Source: an uncultured Opitutales bacterium
GTDB lineage: Bacteria > Verrucomicrobiota > Verrucomicrobiia > Opitutales > Intestinicryptomonadaceae
Assembly: GCA_934660865.1 (NCBI GenBank)
Contig: CAKUIA010000008.1
Span: forward strand, 68,359-100,358
Reading direction: 5' to 3'
DNA length: 32,000 nt
Shown here: one piece after another, positions 25,852-32,000 of the stretch
How the letters are laid out: each line of letters begins with the position of its first letter
Position numbering within the stretch: position 1 is the first letter of the stretch
Made by a program: the position numbers and the translations under genes
Notes under the pieces: model-generated
Seen by the model: only the letters and a program-made list of their open reading frames with translations
What the model was told of the DNA's origin: nothing
Databases searched by the model: none

Positions 25852-27276
25852 CTATTTTTTCGGATTAAAATCCATAACCTTTACGAGATTCGGGCCCGTC
25901 TGGGACATGGATTTTACGTAAACGATGTTTATACCCTCCTTATTGACCGAAATGGGGGTGCTGTCAACTACAATATTTCCGTCGGCGGGAGTGGCAACCT
26001 TTGCAATTTTTATTTGTTTGGGAAGTGTTGTCCATGTCCTTAGGTCGGCGTCGTTTGTCAATGCCTGGAAGGCGGTTCCCGCAATATTTACAAAAACTCC
26101 GTAGTCGCCTGCGGCCTTGGCTGCAAAATATTGGGCCGTTGCCTTTGCCGCCGAGCTAAGCAGCGTTTTTGTGATTACCGTCGGAAGTTCGATATAAAAT
26201 TCCTCCTCTATAATGTCGTCCATATTCGCTACGGTGTCGAATGTCAGCAATTTGCCGTCGGCAACAACGTCGATATTGTCCTTAAAGTTGCCCTGCTTTT
26301 CCAGATACGGGAAGTTTACCGACACTTGCGGCAGGTTTTTGTTTATAATCCACAAGGGCAAATCCAAACGGAACTGTCTGCGCAGGGGAGCTACGCCCGT
26401 TTCCAAAACAACGTATGTGTAGTTGCCAAAGCTTTTTCCCTCCTGAACGGCTTGGCCGTCGCTTGCGTCGGAATTTAAAACGCCGGATTTCTTGCCGAGC
26501 ATTTCGGCGCAAATTCTAAACGAGTCGCCCGCCATTTTCCTGTCGTCGTTGTCGCCCGTTGCCATCATGCAAACGCCGTAAAGCCAGTATCCGAACGGAT
26601 TTGCATATATGCTGGCGGCCTGTTGAAGCGCGGCGTTGGGGTCTGCCTTATACTTGTCGCCGTAGTACTTCGACATAAGGCCCGAAGTATTCGAATCGGT
26701 CAACAGTTTGCTTACGTCGTAGTTGGCGTTCTTGTTCTTTTTCTTTGCGTCGTCAATGGCCTTCGCTTCGTCTTCTATTCTTTTTTGGTTTACGGCTTTC
26801 GCTTCGTCTTGGGCCTGTTGCAAGCGCTTAAGCTCCACTTTTGCCCTGTCGAAATCCTTTGTGTCGATATAGTTTAGCGACTGGTAAATAGACAGCATAA
26901 CCTTGTCGTAGTTATACCCCTTATAGGCTATGTACGACTGGTTTGTAAGGAACGCCGCGGTTTCTTCGCCCAGCTTTACCTTTGCCTCTTCGTCGTACTT
27001 CTTTATTTTTTCGTACGCGCCGTCCAAAGCCTGCATGCTTGTTTTTATGTCTCCGTTTGCGCGGCTAACCGAGCCTTGTTCGAGCAGCCATATAACCTCG
27101 TCGCCCGAGTCTTTTTTATCGGGAACAATCTCGTTTATAAGCGTTTCGGCCTGTGCCGTATTGCCGGCAACCCATGCTTTTCTAACGTCTTCGGTTTCGC
27201 TTCTGTGTGTAGCGCAGCCAACCATGCCTATAGACACAAGCGCAAACGCCAGTTGTATTATGTTCTGTTTTTTCAT
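25852..27276 (-). CDS. Large lipoprotein (474 aa), COG3014-like, with a TPR-like N-terminal half.
   Basis: Lipobox SIGMVGC. Helical-repeat N-half (AWVAGNTAQAETLINEI..., YDKVMLSIYQSLNYIDTKDFDRAKVELKR). C-terminal DADLRTWTTLPKQI. The family call rests on my recollection that COG3014 proteins co-occur with YcfL and LpoB-like genes. The CDS itself is solid. Confidence 0.55.
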   Translation of the reverse strand: MKKQNIIQLAFALVSIGMVGCATHRSETEDVRKAWVAGNTAQAETLINEIVPDKKDSGDEVIWLLEQGSVSRANGDIKTSMQALDGAYEKIKKYDEEAKVKLGEETAAFLTNQSYIAYKGYNYDKVMLSIYQSLNYIDTKDFDRAKVELKRLQQAQDEAKAVNQKRIEDEAKAIDDAKKKNKNANYDVSKLLTDSNTSGLMSKYYGDKYKADPNAALQQAASIYANPFGYWLYGVCMMATGDNDDRKMAGDSFRICAEMLGKKSGVLNSDASDGQAVQEGKSFGNYTYVVLETGVAPLRRQFRLDLPLWIINKNLPQVSVNFPYLEKQGNFKDNIDVVADGKLLTFDTVANMDDIIEEEFYIELPTVITKTLLSSAAKATAQYFAAKAAGDYGVFVNIAGTAFQALTNDADLRTWTTLPKQIKIAKVATPADGNIVVDSTPISVNKEGINIVYVKSMSQTGPNLVKVMDFNPKK

Positions 27277-27319
27277 ATCTGATTTTTTGTTGTATATAGT
27301 ATATATGGAGTTGTGTAAA

Positions 27320-28258
27320 TTATAGTTCTTCGTCTTTGTCGGAGGCCGAAGCCGCGGGTTCGGCGCTTTTTTTCGGGCGCAATATCTGCCCTTTTTCTAT
27401 GCCGTTGTCGGCGCCGACAACCGTGCCCTTCGAAAATTTTGGCAAAACCGAAGTTACCCTTATTTCGCCTATCAAAATTTCCTCCGCGCCCAAATCCTCG
27501 CCCGTGTCGGGGTCTACCATAGATTCTCCCACGGCGAAAACTTCGTAGGTGTCGCCCACTTTAACGCCCGTGTCTTTTGCGCGGTTAAATGTTACAACCT
27601 TGCCGGATTTGCCTATTACTTTGGCGGGATATATTATGTCGGATATCCTGAAGGCTATGTCGCGGCACATAGTTCTTGCCAAAGCGGCTATTGCGGAATC
27701 GGTCAAATCGCCGCCGCTTATGTTGGCGTCGGCGTCGCGGTCGGCATGGGCTTCGTTCGATATTACAAAATTTGCCGACTCTTTTATACTGCCCGTTGTC
27801 GCGTCTATAAGGTTTGCAACTGCGCCGTACCTTATAATTCTGGTTTGCGTGCTTTTGTTTAGCGAGGCGAACTCGCGCTTGCGTATAAAGTCTTGGTAGT
27901 CGTCTACAAAAACCGTAACTATGTATTTTGCGCCCTTAAGCTTGCCGATTTTTGGTGCCGTTGCCTTGTCAACATTTCCCGATTCGCCGAACTGCTGTTC
28001 GCTTATTACGGCGTCTATGTCGGAGCGTGAAATTACGTCGAATTTTCTGGTAGCCAAAAACGCCGACGACAAATTCGCGTTCATCGATTCGAGTATTCTG
28101 TCTAAAGATTCTGTTCCCGAACGCGACTTAAGCGACTTTTTAAGCGCGTTTGTGGCAACTACCTTTGTTATGGCTATGCTCGCCTTTTCGGCTTTGGGAG
28201 CGGCTATGCCCGCGGCGGCCGCGGCGAGCGAAAGCATTAGTATAAGTATCTTTTTCAT
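27320..28258 (-). CDS. CsgG/HfaB-family-like periplasmic/outer-membrane protein with a C-terminal FlgT_C-like beta-barrel module (tentative).
   Basis: Signal peptide MKKILILMLSLAAAAAGIAA, with no lipobox Cys. SIAITKV..., FLATRKFDVISRSDIDAVISEQQF and GKLKGAKYIVTVFV follow the CsgG-family pattern (F.V.ER..L..L..E). C-terminus: AKVIGKSGKVVTFNRAKDTGVKVGDTYEVF...DPDTGEDLG...GEIRVTSV. Confidence 0.6.
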   Translation of the reverse strand: MKKILILMLSLAAAAAGIAAPKAEKASIAITKVVATNALKKSLKSRSGTESLDRILESMNANLSSAFLATRKFDVISRSDIDAVISEQQFGESGNVDKATAPKIGKLKGAKYIVTVFVDDYQDFIRKREFASLNKSTQTRIIRYGAVANLIDATTGSIKESANFVISNEAHADRDADANISGGDLTDSAIAALARTMCRDIAFRISDIIYPAKVIGKSGKVVTFNRAKDTGVKVGDTYEVFAVGESMVDPDTGEDLGAEEILIGEIRVTSVLPKFSKGTVVGADNGIEKGQILRPKKSAEPAASASDKDEEL

Positions 28259-28262
28259 ATCG

Positions 28263-29708
28263 TTAGGGAATTTTAACTTTTGCGTCTATCTTAAAGCCCG
28301 ACTTTTTCAGGGCTTCGAAAATGCCCTTTGCCTTTAGGTATTCGGCCTGCGACAATATAATCTTGGCGGTGGAATTCGCCTGCGACTCTTCCACATAAGC
28401 GTCCGTCATTTTTTTGCTGTTCGCAGTTTCCGCGTCCATTGCGCGTATTTGCGCCTGCGCAATTTTCGCGTCGGTTTTGGTTTGCGAATTTATCCTTGCA
28501 ACGTCGGCTGCGGCGTAATTTTTGTCTATTTCCATTTGCGCCTGCCTTTGGGCTATGTCTACTTTTGCGTTGTCGATTTTAATGTCTACGTCGGCCGACT
28601 CGCTTCTGGCCAAAGTGCGGCGCCTTTCAAGCTCGATTTCGCGGATTTTGTCTTTATTTGCGCTATCTTTATACTTTTCTACAGTAGCCTGCATCCATTC
28701 CATATCCTTTTTTAGGCGCTCTTTTGCCGCGGCGGTTAATATGCCCTCGTAGGTGTGCCTGTCTTGGCTTGCAATGCCCGTTACGTTTATGGCTACGTCT
28801 ATGGGCTCAAGGTCTTTGTGCGAAATTCTCAGATGGTGCGGGCCTCTTTTAAGCTTTATGGGGGTGTTTGTGTTTATCGTGTGGCTAATGCCGTCTATTT
28901 CGGCGTTTATGGTCATCAGTTCAAGAGGAACCATAGATTCCTCTATCGCATACGAGCCGTCGTCCTCCTGGAAAACCTGCGGGAAACGCATTGCCGTTAC
29001 CTTTACGGAAATATACACATCGAAATTGTTGCCTATTTTGGCTATTATCTTTTTGTTGTTTAAGTCGCCCGCCAAGGCCTGCGCCATTTGCGTTGCGCAG
29101 TCTTGCATAAGCTCGTTAAAAAATTCCTCGTCTACCTCTACATTCATATTCTCGGTATTTCTTATAAGCTTTTCGCTTTTTACCGATTTGCCCGAAGTAC
29201 CCACGCCCATGCCGCTTTCGCACAGGTTGTAGTTGCAGCGCATTGTAAATATGTTGTTGACGGTTTTTACCCCGTACAAATTCGAAGTGATTCTTTTTTC
29301 GGACACGCTGGCAATAGACGCCACCAAAATATAGTCGGCGCCTACCATTTCGGCCAAATTTATGCCCGATATGTTTTCGAAAAGCTCCTGGTCGAATTTT
29401 TTGTTTGTAGAGATGTCCCTTTTAAGGGTTTCGGCAACGTTTCTGTATTTTGCGTTGTCGTCGTTTAAATAGGAATTTAGGTTGCGCAACACAAGGTCCA
29501 TGCTAATTACGCCAAAACCGGAATTGTTGATGTCTGCCGCCAGATAGTTTTCCAGGTTTTTTTTGTTTGCGTCCAAAAACTTTACGTATTTTGCGCTGTC
29601 GTTCCTAACTAAAATGGCAACCGTTTTTTTGGGCGCTTGTGCAAACGCGGCGGCGCCAAGCAACAACGCAAGCGCAGCCGCAACCATAAATTTTATATAC
29701 GTTTTCAT
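28263..29708 (-). CDS. Secreted multidomain protein with a CsgG/TolB-N-like N-domain, a PEGA-like beta-sandwich and a long C-terminal alpha-helical (coiled-coil-like) region.
   Basis: Signal peptide ...LLGAAAFAQA. KKTVAILVRN...INNSGFGVISMDLVLRNL...MVGADYILVASI follows the same fold pattern as the neighbouring gene. INAEIDGISHTINTNTPIKLKRGPHHLRISHKDLEPIDVAINV is PEGA-like. The last ~130 aa are A/Q/K/E/D-rich heptad-like sequence. Confidence 0.55.
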   Translation of the reverse strand: MKTYIKFMVAAALALLLGAAAFAQAPKKTVAILVRNDSAKYVKFLDANKKNLENYLAADINNSGFGVISMDLVLRNLNSYLNDDNAKYRNVAETLKRDISTNKKFDQELFENISGINLAEMVGADYILVASIASVSEKRITSNLYGVKTVNNIFTMRCNYNLCESGMGVGTSGKSVKSEKLIRNTENMNVEVDEEFFNELMQDCATQMAQALAGDLNNKKIIAKIGNNFDVYISVKVTAMRFPQVFQEDDGSYAIEESMVPLELMTINAEIDGISHTINTNTPIKLKRGPHHLRISHKDLEPIDVAINVTGIASQDRHTYEGILTAAAKERLKKDMEWMQATVEKYKDSANKDKIREIELERRRTLARSESADVDIKIDNAKVDIAQRQAQMEIDKNYAAADVARINSQTKTDAKIAQAQIRAMDAETANSKKMTDAYVEESQANSTAKIILSQAEYLKAKGIFEALKKSGFKIDAKVKIP

Positions 29709-29710
29709 AA

Positions 29711-30538
29711 TTATCTTATTTCCAATAACGAGCTTTTTATTTTGTTTGCTTCATTAAAAAGGTTCATTACCGCTTTCGTGTTCTTTTCGGAATACGGCAT
29801 AAGCGCAATCTTTTGCTGTATTTCCAGTATTTTGTTTATGCTGTTGAAATTTTCGACCGCGTTTTTCGCCGTATTAAGCAAAACTTTCGTGTCCGAAAGG
29901 GTAAGCTTTTCGTCCATATTGTATTTGTGCCTTAGCTTCGATTCGTCGAACTTGCCCATTGCCTCGCAGTATAATTTCTTGAAATCTTGAACCGACTTGC
30001 CGACATTCGAAGAATCCATTTCGTCTATTTTCTCCAGCAGGGCGTTTTGGTAGCCGTTTATAGACGAAACAAGCTCGCTTTTGCACTCGCTAAAATGGCA
30101 GTCTTTGGCCGCGGCATTGCCCGCCGCGCCGCCTTCGGCTTTCGATTTTTTTGCGTCGGCAAGCTTTTTATCGTCTACCTTTTGAATCGAAACCGAATCT
30201 TTTTGAACTTTGTATGTATAAACTATCTCGTCGTTTTTTTTGCCCTGCGTGCGCCCCAGCATAACCCTGCCCGAGTACACAACGGCATAGCCCTTTTGCA
30301 CATTCAAATGCTTTGCCAGCGTTTTGTTCAATATAATCTCGGAATAGGCATAGTCGGCCTGAATATTGCGGGATTCCGAATAGGCGGTTGTCTTTTTTAG
30401 GGCAATTTTCGCAATATAGGCTTGTCCGTCGTCAACAAGCTCTACATTACACTCTACCGGCATACGAAAGGAATAATCTTTTGCATACGCTTGTATGCAA
30501 AAGATTGAGCATATAACGAATATGAAAATTCCCTTCAT
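29711..30538 (-). CDS. Secreted hypothetical protein (275 aa) with a small alpha/beta N-domain, a K/A/G-rich linker and a helical C-domain.
   Basis: Signal peptide MKGIFIFVICSIFCIQAYA|KD. The stop lies 2 nt from the start of the next gene. I recognised no family. Confidence 0.6.
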   Translation of the reverse strand: MKGIFIFVICSIFCIQAYAKDYSFRMPVECNVELVDDGQAYIAKIALKKTTAYSESRNIQADYAYSEIILNKTLAKHLNVQKGYAVVYSGRVMLGRTQGKKNDEIVYTYKVQKDSVSIQKVDDKKLADAKKSKAEGGAAGNAAAKDCHFSECKSELVSSINGYQNALLEKIDEMDSSNVGKSVQDFKKLYCEAMGKFDESKLRHKYNMDEKLTLSDTKVLLNTAKNAVENFNSINKILEIQQKIALMPYSEKNTKAVMNLFNEANKIKSSLLEIR

Positions 30539-30571
30539 TACGCTGGTAAGCGTGCGTATTTTTAGTGCCGA

Positions 30572-31312
30572 TTACAATCCGGCGGGCAAAACGATTTTCT
30601 GCTTGGGGTTGCCCTTTACCTCTTCGAACTTGCCCGTTTTTGGGGCGGGAAGCGACGAAGCGGCAGCTTCTGCGGCATTGGCCTGCGACGATTGCATATC
30701 GCCCGTTGCCGACGCCCTTTTTGCGTCTGCATAATCCGTCAGGCTCTGTTTTGCGGTTTCGGCCGAAATTTTAGAAACTTCCTTAAGCTGTTTTGTAATG
30801 TTTCTATTCCATACAAACACCGCAACATACGAGCCGTTGCGGTTCGGGTCTACCGCCAACTGCATAAGCCCCGCCTGCGCCGACTTTGTTACGCTGTCCA
30901 TAACTTCGCTAACCTGGCTTGTCATTGTCGACTGCGTAGAACCGCTGCCCTGGTTGTCGCCTGCGGCTTCGCCCTTTACGGTTACATTCATTTCTCCGTT
31001 TGCCGACTGTTTTGCCGTAAACATGCTGTTTAGGGTTTTAGAAAGCGTATTTTCCGCGTCCAATCTCGACTGCGTTGCGGCCATTTTCTTTGCATACGCC
31101 TGAGGCAATGCCTTGTTTAGGGGGGCTACCCCTACAATAAACAGGCTTTTCAACGAGCCGTCTTCGTCCAAAGTCCACGACGCAGCACCCGATTCTCCGC
31201 TTGCAAGCAAATTTTCCACAATCTTTTCCTGCGACGAGCCCGTCGCGTTATTGCCCTGCGCAAACGGTACAATCGAAGACAGCGCCAACAATATTCCGAT
31301 GATTTTTTTCAT
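30572..31312 (-). CDS. Secreted protein (246 aa), long paralog of 31349..31879. Tentatively LPP20/FlgP-like fold, with a G/S/T/Q/N-rich insert and a C-terminal extension.
   Basis: Signal peptide MKKIIGILLALSSIVPFAQG. SD AAGGAA lies upstream. Shared blocks with the upstream gene are listed in the findings. Confidence 0.6.
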   Translation of the reverse strand: MKKIIGILLALSSIVPFAQGNNATGSSQEKIVENLLASGESGAASWTLDEDGSLKSLFIVGVAPLNKALPQAYAKKMAATQSRLDAENTLSKTLNSMFTAKQSANGEMNVTVKGEAAGDNQGSGSTQSTMTSQVSEVMDSVTKSAQAGLMQLAVDPNRNGSYVAVFVWNRNITKQLKEVSKISAETAKQSLTDYADAKRASATGDMQSSQANAAEAAASSLPAPKTGKFEEVKGNPKQKIVLPAGL

Positions 31313-31348
31313 AGAGTTTCCTTTTATATTTTTGTTTTTGGTAAAATT

Positions 31349-31879
31349 TTATTCCTTTATAGTTTCGTTGTACGTTTTTTTCATCGAAGACGAAACATTC
31401 CTTAAAGCCGCATTTGCGGTGTTGTTCCATGCGTAAACTGCAACGTAGCTGCCGTCCCTGTCGGGTATTGAGGCAATATTCATCACGCCCGAAATGCTGC
31501 CTTTCGACTGCGAGGCAATATTTTCCGAATATTTTGTTTCAAATTCGGCTTGCGAGACGCTGTCTAAAGCTTTGCTACCCATCGTCGAAGACGACGCCAC
31601 TTTGCTGTTTAGAAATTTAACCAAAGTCTGCTCGGCTTGAACCTGCGCTATTTTCGCCGCAATCTTCTGCGCCCTGGCCTTTCTGTAGTTCTGGCTTAGG
31701 GGAACAACGCTTGTTATGTATATTGTTTTTATTGTCGTGTTGTCGCGCTCGTACACCAACATTATCTGCCCGTGGTAGCCGGAATCTAGCAGGGCCGAAA
31801 CAATTTCCTCGCTGCTGGGCTGCGCATAAACAACCAGCGACAGGAACGTAAATATAATGGCAATTAAAACCCTTTTCAT
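31349..31879 (-). CDS. Secreted protein (176 aa), short paralog of 30572..31312 and first gene of the envelope operon visible in the window.
   Basis: Signal peptide MKRVLIAIIFTFLSLVVYA|QP. Blocks EEIVSALLDSG, IKTIYITSVVPL, AEQTLVKFLNS and DRDGSYVAVYAWN match the downstream paralog. Confidence 0.6.
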   Translation of the reverse strand: MKRVLIAIIFTFLSLVVYAQPSSEEIVSALLDSGYHGQIMLVYERDNTTIKTIYITSVVPLSQNYRKARAQKIAAKIAQVQAEQTLVKFLNSKVASSSTMGSKALDSVSQAEFETKYSENIASQSKGSISGVMNIASIPDRDGSYVAVYAWNNTANAALRNVSSSMKKTYNETIKE

Positions 31880-31923
31880 GGGAAATACCTTTTTAATAAT
31901 TCTTATTCGATAAAGTGATTATT

Positions 31924-32000
31924 TGTATGTATGTATGTATGTATGTATGTATGTATGTATGTATGTATGTATGTATGTATGTATGTATGTATGTATGTAT
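31924..32000. repeat. (TGTA)n tetranucleotide microsatellite, 19 complete units plus 1 nt, truncated by the window edge.
   Basis: Direct reading shows perfect TGTA periodicity from 31924 to 32000 with no interruption. It begins 44 nt upstream of ATG 31879 of the minus-strand operon. Confidence 0.97.

Noticed and set aside
1-32000. A scan of intergenic spacers for tRNA, rRNA, riboswitches (preQ1 upstream of queD, T-box upstream of alaS or leuB) and mobile-element genes.
   Set aside because: The spacers upstream of queD (28 nt) and alaS (15 nt) are too short. The leuB leader (2964..3136) shows no convincing conserved structure by eye. No transposase or integrase motifs appear in any frame. A covariance-model scan (Infernal/Rfam, tRNAscan-SE) would be needed to be definitive.

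Overview
Densely coding 32-kb chromosomal window from a diderm bacterium. I saw no rRNA, tRNA, CRISPR array or IS/transposase. Hand counts on sampled 60-nt lines give about 55% GC in housekeeping genes and 30-45% in the accessory parts. The glycan-degrading gene content suggests a host-glycan or mucin forager, but taxonomy cannot be assigned from this window.

Gene content, left to right:
- Two tandem paralogous SASA-type sialate O-acetylesterases. The first runs off the left edge and is absent from the ORF track.
- leuB-alaS.
- A long minus-strand gene string: glgA, SNF2 helicase, xth, queD, queE, queF, thioredoxin-like lipoprotein.
- pfkB-family kinase and queA.
- A TAT-signal Gfo/Idh/MocA (GH109-like) oxidoreductase, a secreted beta-helix protein and secA.
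- An AT-rich islet with an orphan secreted protein.
- A sodium:solute symporter.

Main hunt results:
1. 24632..31879 (minus strand) is a tightly packed nine-gene operon in which every product has a signal peptide or lipobox. It combines two CsgG/TolB-N-like proteins, a pair of paralogous LPP20-like proteins and a COG3014/YcfL/LpoB lipoprotein triad. No cytoplasmic component is present. This is a candidate undescribed outer-membrane assembly or secretion module.
2. A (TGTA)n microsatellite of at least 19 units lies 44 nt upstream of that operon and runs off the window.
3. A 123-codon ORF with hydrophobic segments lies directly upstream of secA. Its stop codon sits in an RNA arm complementary to the secA Shine-Dalgarno. 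This is a SecM-like monitor arrangement.
4. A perfect 180-bp in-frame tandem duplication doubles the GQSNM catalytic block of the first esterase.

All family assignments come from motif recognition by eye. No searches were run.
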